From an uncultured Alphaproteobacteria bacterium (GTDB lineage Bacteria; Pseudomonadota; Alphaproteobacteria; HIMB59; GCA-002718135), in assembly GCA_902567135.1 (NCBI GenBank), contig CACFLO010000001.1, positions 49,748-113,747 on the forward strand: a DNA stretch of 64,000 bases, written 5' to 3'. Made by a program: the position numbers and the translations under genes. The notes beneath the pieces are model-generated. The model was not told the DNA's origin, did no database searches, and saw nothing but the letters and a program-made list of their open reading frames with translations. Positions 18,023 to 27,700 of this stretch are shown here, piece after piece (positions within the stretch are counted from its first letter, which is position 1; each line of letters starts with the position of its first letter).

Positions 18023-19186
18023 TTAATTTTTTGTTTTGTGTGGATCTGCAGCGTCTCGAAGACCATCTCCGACATACACAAATGTTAAAATTAAAACAAC
18101 TAAGAAAAAGACAGGTATAAAATACCATTGATAGTTTAGTAAAACATCTGCCTTTGTTGCATTTTGTAAAAGTACACCCAATGAATTTACAGGTTCTCTT
18201 AAACCTAAGCCTATAAAACTTAGAGCAGTTTCAGATAACAACATGTAAGGAAAGCTGATAACCAGATCAACAATTATGTAGCTTGTAAAACTTGGTAAAA
18301 GATGTCTGATAATTATATGGGTTGATGAAGCTCCACACATTTTAGCTGCAAGAATATATTCTTGACTTCTTTCACTTAATAAATGAGTTCGAACACGTCT
18401 TGCCAAAGTTGGCCAAGATATCAAACCTAATAAACAGGATATAAAGAAAAACCTGAGTTCTGAACTCCATTCAAGGGGTGCAAAAGCGGCAAGACACATA
18501 AATAAAGGTATGGGTGGAACTGTTCGAATAGCATCTGTAAACATTTGCAATAAACTATCAATCCAGCCGCCATAATATCCAGAGATACCTCCAATAATTA
18601 ATGACAAAACGAAAGAGATAAACACTCCCAGTGTTCCAACAGCTAATGAAATATATATTGCACTTAAGGTTCTACTAAATAAATCTTTTCCTGCTTTATC
18701 AGTTCCAAATAGATGAATTCCACCTTCCTCCACACCAAATAAATGCGTATCAAATGTTAGTCCTGGAATTGTAAAATCTAATGCCTTACCTGGAAGATTA
18801 ATACTATAATTAAAATATTTATATTCCCAACCTTTAACAAAAAAATAAACATAGCGTCTTTTTTCAGTATCTGTTTTATAAACCCATCTGAAATTTGTAT
18901 CAGCTCCTCTATACTTTGTTAGAGTATGTAAAAAAGGTCTAGGAGAAAAACCGTTTTCATCCCAAAACATTGGAATTTGTGGAGCACCGTTTTCATAATT
19001 TTTATCACGACCTGCAATTGTAGGATCATATGGAGATAAAAACCCAGAAAAAAGACTGCAAACTATCATAAATAACAAGATAGATCCTGCTATCATCGCT
19101 GAACGGTTTCCAAAGAAACGCGTTCTTACTAATTGCATTTGAGTAGCAGTATAGTACGCTTCTTTCTTTTTTATACTAACTTCCAC
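18023..19186 (-). CDS. ABC transporter permease (OppC/DppC-like)
   Basis: 387 aa with multiple TMs and the EAA-loop region ILAAKMCGASSTHIIIRHLLPSF. Long periplasmic loop after TM1. Confidence 0.8.
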   Translation of the reverse strand: MEVSIKKKEAYYTATQMQLVRTRFFGNRSAMIAGSILLFMIVCSLFSGFLSPYDPTIAGRDKNYENGAPQIPMFWDENGFSPRPFLHTLTKYRGADTNFRWVYKTDTEKRRYVYFFVKGWEYKYFNYSINLPGKALDFTIPGLTFDTHLFGVEEGGIHLFGTDKAGKDLFSRTLSAIYISLAVGTLGVFISFVLSLIIGGISGYYGGWIDSLLQMFTDAIRTVPPIPLFMCLAAFAPLEWSSELRFFFISCLLGLISWPTLARRVRTHLLSERSQEYILAAKMCGASSTHIIIRHLLPSFTSYIIVDLVISFPYMLLSETALSFIGLGLREPVNSLGVLLQNATKADVLLNYQWYFIPVFFLVVLILTFVYVGDGLRDAADPHKTKN

Positions 19187-20189
19187 CCATGACTCCTTTT
19201 CTAATTCTTGGATCCATTATTGCTAATAATATATCGGTGACAAAATTTACAAAAACGATTGTTGCAGTTAATAAAAATATAATTGCACCTGCTAATTGTT
19301 GATCATTAGATCTAGCTAGAGCCTCAATCAATAATGCACCAGCTTCAGTTAAGATTAAAATCAATGCAACCACTGGTAGTGCACTAAAAATTCTATTTAA
19401 ATCAAAACCGATCGAATTAATAACTGGTCCAAGTGAGTGCTTTGCTGGATAACGCCATAATAGACTCATACCTGATATCCCTCTAGCTCTTGCAGCCATA
19501 ACATAAAGTTTATCATTTTCATCTAACATTAATGCTCTAACGGTTTGAAGTGCAAAAGCAGTAGCATTCCATCCAAGAACAAAGATTGGTAACCAAGCTC
19601 TAGCAAGAAAATCTTTTAATTTATCAGCGGACCAAGGGGCATTTTCATATTCTTGAGAAAATAAACCTGTCATCGTATCTCCATAATACACTGTCATAAA
19701 AAGCATAATACAAAGTGCTACTAAAAAATTTGGTAAAGCTATTCCAAGATAGCTAATAAATTTCAGAGACTGATCTAAAGAGACATATTTTGTCGTGGCG
19801 GAAATAATACCAACTGGTATTGCTATTAAATACGAAAAAATTAAAGCTACTAAACATATAGTAAGTGAAAGCACAAACCTCCCACTAAGAAGATCATTAA
19901 TATTCATACGAAGAATACAACTATCTCCGAAATCTTGTTTAACTGCAATATCAGATACCCATTTTCCAAACCGATATAAAAAAGGCTTATCTAAACCAAG
20001 TCGCACTTTTTCTGCCTCAATATCCTCAAAGGTAATTTGCGAACCTTGAGTGTTTTTAAAAGCAAGATATCGTTCCGCACAAGTTCCTGGGACTAACTCC
20101 ATCAAAGAGAAAACAATAAAACAAACTATGAGTAATGTTACTATCGATAAAAATGCTCTAGTAATTGTAAACTGTATAAAATTAATCAT
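19176..20189 (-). CDS. ABC transporter permease (OppB/DppB-like)
   Basis: 337 aa with the EAA loop MAARARGISGMSLLWRYPAKHSLGPV. Confidence 0.8.
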   Translation of the reverse strand: MINFIQFTITRAFLSIVTLLIVCFIVFSLMELVPGTCAERYLAFKNTQGSQITFEDIEAEKVRLGLDKPFLYRFGKWVSDIAVKQDFGDSCILRMNINDLLSGRFVLSLTICLVALIFSYLIAIPVGIISATTKYVSLDQSLKFISYLGIALPNFLVALCIMLFMTVYYGDTMTGLFSQEYENAPWSADKLKDFLARAWLPIFVLGWNATAFALQTVRALMLDENDKLYVMAARARGISGMSLLWRYPAKHSLGPVINSIGFDLNRIFSALPVVALILILTEAGALLIEALARSNDQQLAGAIIFLLTATIVFVNFVTDILLAIMDPRIRKGVMGGS

Positions 20190-20225
20190 TATTTAATTTT
20201 TATTAATTGATATCCAAGACTAATT

Positions 20226-20262
20226 AGAAAAAATAAAAGCGGCAATAAAAAATTGCCGCTTT
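20226..20262 (-). terminator. Intra-operon stem-loop/terminator between the binding-protein gene and the permease genes
   Basis: 11-bp perfect stem aaagcggcaat (20236-20246) / attgccgcttt (20252-20262) with a 5-nt loop. On the minus strand it is followed by TATTTTTTC. Confidence 0.55.
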
Positions 20263-20284
20263 TTAAAGAATTTATTACTTTACC

Positions 20285-22345
20285 TTATTCGTCTAACCAC
20301 CACTGTGTAGCTAGATATGGATAAGTTCTGTAATACTCATAAGAAGTTGTTTTGAATTGCGTAAAGTTTTTCAAAGCATTTCTATGATATGTTGGGAATG
20401 GTGCTTTTACAGTACCAATTAACAAAGTTTGTTCTGTTAACATAGTAGTGATTTTTTCACCCCACTCATTAGATTCAGCTGTACCTAAAGCGTATGATTG
20501 GAATTTATCAATCCCATCGCTTAAGTCGTAAACCCATTGTGGAGGTTCTACACCGTCTGAGCCATTACTATCAATGTAAGCAGCCCATAACATACCTTGA
20601 GTATGATTGAAGTAGTTACCAAATGGTGCTTTAAATGTTTCAGGATTACCTGCGATAATAGCCAAAGGTTGGCCTTTATCCCAAGCGTGAACATCTAGAG
20701 CATTTGAAGATTGTGAACCACGATATTCATCTGGTGTAACTTCTTTAAAGTTTGTTTTAACACCAACATCATTCCACATACGTGCAACTAGTTCAACTTC
20801 AACACCACCAATACCTTGAGTTGCATAGTCAATGTTCATTGCAAAAGGAGATCCATTAGGAAGCTCTCTAAAGCCATCACCATCAACATCTTTTAATCCA
20901 ACTTCATCAAGTAAAGCGTTAGCTCCATCTGGATCATATTGAGTCATATGCATTTTGATTTCATCAGAAACAAAATCAGGTGCAGGTGAAATACCTACAA
21001 ACTGCTCTACAACACCCATTCCATAGTAAGCAACATCGTTGATTTCATTTCTATCAAGTGCAATTGACATTGCTTGACGGAAACGAATATCACCATAGAC
21101 TTTACGTTTTTCCATATCTGGATGAGTTACGTTAAAGCTAAATAGTGCAGCACCACAACCTGGGTTAATTTGAAGATTATACTCACCTGAGTCAGCACCA
21201 TCTAATAATTGAGGCGCAGATTCCAGTTGAACAGATTGAGATTTATAATCAACTTCACCATTAACTAGTTTTAACAATCTAATCTCATTTTCATTGATGT
21301 ATCTTTCATTTTGATAATCAATGTATGGTAATTGATTTCCAGCAGTATCAACTTGATGGAAATATGGATTAGCTGCGTACACTCTTCCCTCAGTAGTATC
21401 TTCAATAGTCATATAAGCTTCTAATGAAGGATAAGCTGCGTACACTAAGCCACTAACTAGATCAGGGTTTCTCAACATAGGAGTTGGAGTATCAGTCCAA
21501 CCTGAGTTACCATAATAAGCAGCAAGAGCATCCCAACCATCTGCAAAACCTAAAGCTTGTGCATTTGCATCAGCATTAGAGTCTATTTCAGGATGAAATT
21601 GTTCTAAGAAATGTGCAGGCATAAAAAATTGATTGTATGACCATGCAATAGTTGCTGTTAAACCAGGGAAAGGTGATGGTAAGTTAAATCTAGCTGTTAC
21701 ATCATCAATAACATCAACAGTCATTGGTTCACCACCAACAAGAAGATAAGGGTATGGTTTTTCTCTAATGTTAGTATTCATCATTAGATCTTCATACCAA
21801 AATTCTATATCTCTAGCAGTAAATGGTTCTCCGTTAGACCACTTATGTCCTTTTCTCAGTGTAAAAGTTAAAGTTGTGAAATCATCATTCCACTCAAAAC
21901 TTTTCGCAACATTTGGTACAATAGTTGTTAAGTCATCAGCAAATCTTAATAAGTTTACGTGACGAGTTGATAACATATCTGAAGTACCAGCTTCAGTTGC
22001 ATTTGATAAGAAATTAATTGTACCACCGTACTTACCGATTGAATCATAAGGTCTAACAACTAGCGGCTCTTCAGGAAGTCTATCTCCAACTGGAGGTAAA
22101 GCTTTATTACCCTGAATACTTGCATTAATACTTGCAATATTTGGGTTTTCCTTAAATTGCATTTCGCAACCTGCTAATTGTTCAAACTCATCTAATTCGT
22201 ACTGTTGAGTATACTGTCCAGCATCAACACCATTTGGATTACTTTGAGTTGAACCATTACCTGCGCAAGCACCAGCAAAAGAATAACTACTCCATGATAT
22301 TGAAGCTAAAGAAAATACAACAGCTAAAATTAATTTTTTAAACAT
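20285..22345 (-). CDS. ABC transporter substrate-binding protein, family 5 (peptide/nickel/opine type), unusually long
   Basis: 686 aa. Signal peptide MFKKLILAVVFSLASISWSSYSFA. Strong SD (aaagaggagaaataat) before the ATG. Family-5-like core. Confidence 0.8.
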   Translation of the reverse strand: MFKKLILAVVFSLASISWSSYSFAGACAGNGSTQSNPNGVDAGQYTQQYELDEFEQLAGCEMQFKENPNIASINASIQGNKALPPVGDRLPEEPLVVRPYDSIGKYGGTINFLSNATEAGTSDMLSTRHVNLLRFADDLTTIVPNVAKSFEWNDDFTTLTFTLRKGHKWSNGEPFTARDIEFWYEDLMMNTNIREKPYPYLLVGGEPMTVDVIDDVTARFNLPSPFPGLTATIAWSYNQFFMPAHFLEQFHPEIDSNADANAQALGFADGWDALAAYYGNSGWTDTPTPMLRNPDLVSGLVYAAYPSLEAYMTIEDTTEGRVYAANPYFHQVDTAGNQLPYIDYQNERYINENEIRLLKLVNGEVDYKSQSVQLESAPQLLDGADSGEYNLQINPGCGAALFSFNVTHPDMEKRKVYGDIRFRQAMSIALDRNEINDVAYYGMGVVEQFVGISPAPDFVSDEIKMHMTQYDPDGANALLDEVGLKDVDGDGFRELPNGSPFAMNIDYATQGIGGVEVELVARMWNDVGVKTNFKEVTPDEYRGSQSSNALDVHAWDKGQPLAIIAGNPETFKAPFGNYFNHTQGMLWAAYIDSNGSDGVEPPQWVYDLSDGIDKFQSYALGTAESNEWGEKITTMLTEQTLLIGTVKAPFPTYHRNALKNFTQFKTTSYEYYRTYPYLATQWWLDE

Positions 22346-22433
22346 ATTATTTCTCCTCTTTAAATTTAAAGTAATGATGAAGTCATTACATATATAAGCT
22401 TAAAATACAAAAAAAATTTGACAGGTTTATTAC

Positions 22434-22462
22434 ATTTATTTTGTAAAAATTTGAATTGGCAA
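22434..22462 (-). promoter_or_regulatory. Candidate sigma-70-type promoter for the ABC operon
   Basis: Minus strand TTGCCA-17 nt-ATAAAT about 90 nt upstream of the binding-protein ATG. Consensus match by eye only. Confidence 0.25.
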
Positions 22463-23371
22463 TTAAAGCCAAACTGGGTTTGTCCAAGCAAAATCGCCAG
22501 AATCATTAGCAATACTGACCCTAAACCACTCTGATGGATACTTTTTTAGGTCAAATTCAGCCTTTGTAATATTTTTCCCATTCTGACTCATGGATTTAGC
22601 TCCTTGACCAACAACACACACTTGATTTGAAGGGGAGCACTGGATATTTACTTGATAGCTATTAATTTCAAACTCGAAAATTTCAACTCCTGTAGAAGAA
22701 TAATATTGTCCATTTTTTAATGCATTTAAAATTGAGCTTTCTGATAATTTATCTGCAGCAACCATCACCCATCCACCTCCACAATCTTGCATTTTAAAAT
22801 GAGAGTCATCAGTAGCAGTTAAAAATATTCTATTATTTTCTTGTAATAAATAGTCTGCTGCTGCAGTACCAAAACCACGTTGAGCTTCTATATGGCATGA
22901 ATGATTATAAATTTCAATACCATGTGCATGACTTAAAGAAAGACATTCATCAAATGTTAGAGAATACCATTCTGGATGAGCTATTGTAACAAACGCACCT
23001 GCTTCAATTGCTCTTTGAACTAAATGAGTTGCTGTTTCTTTTTCATCAGCACATTTAAAATCTAACGGTAAACCATTTGCAACAATATGCCAAAGTCCAT
23101 CTTTAACATATTTTTTACCTAGGCAATGAAGTTCTGCTGATGGAATGGTTATAAAGTCTTTTTGATTAAGATGTTTTGTTTCTAATACTGTTTCAGCTGC
23201 AAAGTTAGTATCTTTCCACAAATGATCTGAAAGGCATGTAAAATCATAACCTATTTCCTTATACTTATTAACAACTTCTTGTGGATTTAAAGCTCCATCT
23301 GAATGATTTGAATGTCCATGCAAATTACCTTTAAAGTACTTATGTTTATTTTTTGAAGGTAATAAATGCAT
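22463..23371 (-). CDS. PHP-domain metal-dependent phosphoesterase
   Basis: 302 aa with the N-terminal PHP motif GNLHGHSNHSDG and later His/Asp clusters (LSDH, IAHPEW, TDDSH). Confidence 0.7.
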   Translation of the reverse strand: MHLLPSKNKHKYFKGNLHGHSNHSDGALNPQEVVNKYKEIGYDFTCLSDHLWKDTNFAAETVLETKHLNQKDFITIPSAELHCLGKKYVKDGLWHIVANGLPLDFKCADEKETATHLVQRAIEAGAFVTIAHPEWYSLTFDECLSLSHAHGIEIYNHSCHIEAQRGFGTAAADYLLQENNRIFLTATDDSHFKMQDCGGGWVMVAADKLSESSILNALKNGQYYSSTGVEIFEFEINSYQVNIQCSPSNQVCVVGQGAKSMSQNGKNITKAEFDLKKYPSEWFRVSIANDSGDFAWTNPVWL

Positions 23372-23432
23372 AAAAATTATTAGACTAAATTTATTTATTT
23401 TTAATCAAAATAAAATCTATATAATTTCATGC

Positions 23433-24485
23433 ATGTTAACAACAGTTATTGGAGCTTACCCTAAACCAAATTATTTAAAAATTACTGATTGGTTTAATGC
23501 ATCAGGGGGAACAGACACTCAATTTCCTACAAAGTTTTATAATAATGAGATTAAACAAATGGGTAATGAAGCTGAAGATTTATTTATTCGTGCTACTAAA
23601 GAAATTATTCATGATCAAGAAGAGTGTGGCATTGATATAATTACAGATGGTGAAGTTCGTAGAGAAAATTATATTCACTATCACTGTAGGCATTTAAAAG
23701 GTATAGATTTTAATAATCTTACTGAAAAAGTTGCAAGAACAGGGAATTATAAATGTTGGCTGCCAACAATAACGAACAAAGTATCAGCAGCAGATCCTTT
23801 CTTAGTAGAAGAATGGAAAAGTAATCAAACTCTAACAAATAAACCATTAAAAATTACAATTCCTGGACCTATGACTATTACGGATACTATTGCTAATACA
23901 TATTACAAATCAGATGAGGAACTCGGAAATGATTTAGCAATAGCTATTAATACAGAGATAAAAAGATTAGTAGGTGCGGGCTGTAAATATATTCAAGTTG
24001 ATGAACCCTTATTTGCAAGAAAACCTGCAAATGCTTTAGCTTTTGGAATACAGAATTTAGAAAAATGTTTCGAGGGAATAAATCAAAATGATGTTGAAAA
24101 AATAACACATATCTGCTGCGGATACCCAGATAAAATTGATGCAGTTGATTATCCTAAAGCACCTTTAGATTCATATAAAAAAATCGCTATGCAGCTTGAT
24201 AATTCAATAATTGATAGTGTATCTATTGAAGATGCTCACCGCTATAATGATTTAACATTACTTAAAGATTATAAACAGACAAAAGTAATTTTTGGACTTA
24301 TCAAGATAGCTAGTTCTACAATTGAAACTGTTGAGGAAATTGAAGCAAGAATAGTTGAGGCGCTTAAAAATATTTCTAAAGATCGATTAATTGCTGCCCC
24401 TGATTGTGGTCTTGGACATTTAAGTAGAGATTTAGCAATAAAAAAACTAAAAATAATGTCTCAAGCTGTTAAAAAGTTTTATTAA
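23433..24485 (+). CDS. Short MetE-like protein (cobalamin-independent methionine synthase catalytic-domain family, Zn-dependent alkyl/methyltransferase)
   Basis: 350 aa, roughly half the length of full MetE. Carries ITDGEVRR, the Zn motif THICCGYP (His-x-Cys) and APDCGLGHL (Cys). Confidence 0.65.
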   Translation: MLTTVIGAYPKPNYLKITDWFNASGGTDTQFPTKFYNNEIKQMGNEAEDLFIRATKEIIHDQEECGIDIITDGEVRRENYIHYHCRHLKGIDFNNLTEKVARTGNYKCWLPTITNKVSAADPFLVEEWKSNQTLTNKPLKITIPGPMTITDTIANTYYKSDEELGNDLAIAINTEIKRLVGAGCKYIQVDEPLFARKPANALAFGIQNLEKCFEGINQNDVEKITHICCGYPDKIDAVDYPKAPLDSYKKIAMQLDNSIIDSVSIEDAHRYNDLTLLKDYKQTKVIFGLIKIASSTIETVEEIEARIVEALKNISKDRLIAAPDCGLGHLSRDLAIKKLKIMSQAVKKFY

Positions 24486-24490
24486 TAACA

Positions 24491-25594
24491 ATGATTGATT
24501 CATCAAGAAAAGGACAAAGTTATTACATGATCAAGCCAAATGCAATTCTAGAAGTAAATTTAAAAAATCTTGTATACAATTATAAAAAACTTTCCAAAAT
24601 AGCCAATAATTCTGCTTGTGCAGCAGTAATTAAAGCAGATGCATATGGTACTGGTGTTTTAAAAATATTTGAAACTTTATATAAAAACAATTGCAGACAT
24701 TTTTTTGTTGCAACTACCGAAGAAGCTTTGGAAATTAGAAAAAAAAAATCAAAAGGTAGTGTGTATGTTTTAAATGGATTGGAAAATACTAAATTACAAA
24801 TATTTTATAATCACAATATCATTCCTATAATAAATGATAAAAATGAATTTAATGTTATATCAAAAAATTTAAATAAATTTAAAAAATTTAAATATGGAAT
24901 ACATGTTGATACAGGCATCAACAGGCTAGGAATAAATTATCATGAATTCTTCAAATTAAATTTTACTAATAAAAAATTTAGTATTTTAATTAGTCATTTA
25001 TCAAGTTCAGATGAAGATAAAAGTAGTTATAATAATTTACAAAATAATAAATTTAAAAAAATATTTAACCTGAATATTAATACTGAATACAAAAGTTTAT
25101 CAAATTCTATGGCATTAAATTTAGGAAAAAATTTCCATCATGATCTAGTTAGGTCGGGTATTGCTTTATATGGTGGACATTTAAATACAAAGATGAAAAA
25201 AATCATCAAGCCTGTTGTCACCTTAAAGAGTAAAATTTTACAAATTAAAGAAATTAATAAAAATGAATTTATTGGCTACAATAACACTTTTAAAACCAAA
25301 AAAAAAATTACAGTAGCAATTATAGGTATTGGGTATGCTGATGGAATTTCAAGAATATTAAGTAATAAGGGAAAAGTGTATTTAAATAATCAGAGTTTTA
25401 AGATTTTAGGCCGTATATCCATGGACACTATCACCATTGATATTTCGCAAAAAAGTAATTTGCTAAAAGTTGGAGATTACATGGAATTAATTAATCATGC
25501 CCACGGAATAGATAAAATAGCAAAACAATGTAATACAATTTCTCATGAAATTCTAACTTCGATTTCTAAGAGAGTCAATAGAGTTTATGTTTAG
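24491..25594 (+). CDS. alr: Alanine racemase
   Basis: PLP-lysine motif AAVIKADAYGTG, RSGIALYGG and GYADG. The true start may be the internal Met at 24527. Confidence 0.85.
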   Translation: MIDSSRKGQSYYMIKPNAILEVNLKNLVYNYKKLSKIANNSACAAVIKADAYGTGVLKIFETLYKNNCRHFFVATTEEALEIRKKKSKGSVYVLNGLENTKLQIFYNHNIIPIINDKNEFNVISKNLNKFKKFKYGIHVDTGINRLGINYHEFFKLNFTNKKFSILISHLSSSDEDKSSYNNLQNNKFKKIFNLNINTEYKSLSNSMALNLGKNFHHDLVRSGIALYGGHLNTKMKKIIKPVVTLKSKILQIKEINKNEFIGYNNTFKTKKKITVAIIGIGYADGISRILSNKGKVYLNNQSFKILGRISMDTITIDISQKSNLLKVGDYMELINHAHGIDKIAKQCNTISHEILTSISKRVNRVYV

Positions 25595-25596
25595 AA

Positions 25597-26574
25597 TTAC
25601 TCATAGGCAATTACACTAATGATTTCAAACATAATAGAGGCAGCAACCATTGACGTTATATTATTTTTTTGATCTTTAGTAGGCATTAAACATACAACAT
25701 CTCCACCTATAACATTTTTATTTTTTACTGATTGAATTAATGCTTTTGCTTCATCAATTGTAAAACCAGTAAAACTTGGCTCAATATTTGAAACTGCAGG
25801 AGCTACTGAAGAATCTAAAGAATCTAAATCAAAAGTAATGTAAACTGGATTATCGCCTATTTTATCAAGAGTTTCATCTATGACATCTTTAATACCTCTC
25901 TTGTGAAACTCTTGCATAGTAACGACATTGTAACCAAGATCATAACTTGGTTGTAGCCAGTCCAATGTACGTGGATTACCTCTCATTCCAATTTGCATAC
26001 TATTTTTTGGATTAATAATACCTTGATCAACAAGATAAGCACCCCAATGTGCAGCACTCTTTTTTGCACCCATAAAGTGATCTAGTTGACTAAAAGTATC
26101 AGTATGAGCATCAATATGAAGAAAGGATATTTTTGTTCCTTTTGTCATTTCTAAATTATTAGATCCCAATCCTTGTAAAATACCCCCTGTAATTGAATGA
26201 TCACCACCAATAGATACAACTGGTTTTTTTTCTTTAGCTATGTTTGTATAAAAATTTGTAATATCCTCAATACATCGCTCATTATTATTTGCATGTGGAA
26301 GAGCAACATCACCTAAATCAAATATTTTTTTTTCTTTCCAAGGATTAATATTAAAATCTAAATGAACTCTTCTTAGTCCAGCAGATACATTCCTTACAGC
26401 TCTTGGTCCTAAATGCTGATCTCTCTCTGTAGTGCCATTACCAGTACTATGAGGAACACCAACTAATGCTATATCACAATTTGATATGTCTTTTCTATTT
26501 TCACACCGAAATAATGTTGGTATTCCCCACCAATACATTGTTTCCATCATCAACTCATCATTGGAGTTACTCAT
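25597..26574 (-). CDS. Ureohydrolase (agmatinase / guanidino-compound hydrolase family)
   Basis: Mn-ligand motifs SIGGDHSITG, HIDAHTDT and ITFDLDSLDSS. Last gene of the aminotransferase-ald operon. Confidence 0.75.
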   Translation of the reverse strand: MSNSNDELMMETMYWWGIPTLFRCENRKDISNCDIALVGVPHSTGNGTTERDQHLGPRAVRNVSAGLRRVHLDFNINPWKEKKIFDLGDVALPHANNNERCIEDITNFYTNIAKEKKPVVSIGGDHSITGGILQGLGSNNLEMTKGTKISFLHIDAHTDTFSQLDHFMGAKKSAAHWGAYLVDQGIINPKNSMQIGMRGNPRTLDWLQPSYDLGYNVVTMQEFHKRGIKDVIDETLDKIGDNPVYITFDLDSLDSSVAPAVSNIEPSFTGFTIDEAKALIQSVKNKNVIGGDVVCLMPTKDQKNNITSMVAASIMFEIISVIAYE

Positions 26575-26584
26575 TTTAAATAGA

Positions 26585-27700
26585 TTAATTTATTGCTTTG
26601 CTTGGATCAACAAAATTATAACCTAAATCTTCTGCAACTGCCTTATAAGTTACATTGCCTTGGCAAATATTTAGGCCAGCAAGGAAATTTGCATCACTAC
26701 TCAAAGCATCTCTATAACCACTTTGTGCCAGTTTCAAAACAAATGGTAAAGTTGCACTATTCAAAGCGATAGTAGACGTCATAGGAACGCCGCCTGGCAT
26801 ATTGGCAACACAGTAATGAACAACATCATCAATTACATATGTTGGATTTGCATGAGTCGTTGGTTTACTTGTTTCTACACACCCACCTTGATCTATAGCA
26901 ACATCGACGATTACTGATCCTCTTTTCATATCTGTAATCATTTCCCTTGATATTAATTTTGGAGCATTAGCACCAGGAATTAAGACACCTCCAATTAATA
27001 TATCTGTTTCAACAACATAATCTTTTAAATTTATATGATCAGAGACTAAAGGAATAATTCTATCACCAAACTTCATTTGAAGTTCTTCAAGACGAGATTC
27101 CGATTTATCGACAATATGAACTTTTGCTTCCATGCCTGATGCAATCGCTGCAGCATTTTCACCTACAACGCCACCACCTAAAATTAGCACATTTCCAGGA
27201 TTAACTCCTGGAGCCCCACCAATTAATAATCCTCTGCCACCTTGAGGTTTCTCCAAGCAATGTGCTCCAGCTTGAACAGACATTCTTCCTGCAACAGCAC
27301 TCATTGGGGCCAATAAAGGTAATCTATTATTTTCATCAGTGACAGTTTCATAGGCAATACAAATGGATTTTGAGTTAATTAAACCTTTTGTTAATTCTGG
27401 AGCTGCAGATAAATGTAAGTAAGTGAATAAGATTTGATTTTCTCGTAACATATTAACCTCTTCAGATTGAGGTTCTTTAACTTTTACAATCATATCAGAG
27501 TCATTAAAAACATCAGCAGCAGTTGAAGCTATTTTAGCTCCAGCTTTTTCATAATCAGCATTTTCAAAACCTGCACCAAAACCAGCGTCTTTCTGAACTA
27601 AAACATCGTGTCCATGATTAGTTAATTCTTGAACGCTTAAAGGAGTAAGGCCGACCCTAGATTCTTGTGCTTTAATTTCAGATGGAAGACCAACTTTCAC
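26585..27700 (-). CDS. ald: Alanine dehydrogenase
   Basis: 371 aa. MKVGLPSEIKAQESRVGLTP, NAD fold VLILGGGVVGENAA and a conserved VDVAIDQGG block. Confidence 0.9.
   Translation of the reverse strand: MKVGLPSEIKAQESRVGLTPLSVQELTNHGHDVLVQKDAGFGAGFENADYEKAGAKIASTAADVFNDSDMIVKVKEPQSEEVNMLRENQILFTYLHLSAAPELTKGLINSKSICIAYETVTDENNRLPLLAPMSAVAGRMSVQAGAHCLEKPQGGRGLLIGGAPGVNPGNVLILGGGVVGENAAAIASGMEAKVHIVDKSESRLEELQMKFGDRIIPLVSDHINLKDYVVETDILIGGVLIPGANAPKLISREMITDMKRGSVIVDVAIDQGGCVETSKPTTHANPTYVIDDVVHYCVANMPGGVPMTSTIALNSATLPFVLKLAQSGYRDALSSDANFLAGLNICQGNVTYKAVAEDLGYNFVDPSKAIN

Noticed and set aside
19795-21962. + strand ORFs 19795-20049 and 21768-21962
   Set aside because: They are antisense shadows inside the OppB-like and binding-protein genes.
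23372-23432. Possible SAM/methionine riboswitch upstream of the MetE-like gene
   Set aside because: The spacer is only 61 nt, almost pure A/T, and has no conserved stem architecture. The second MetE-like gene is internal to an operon.
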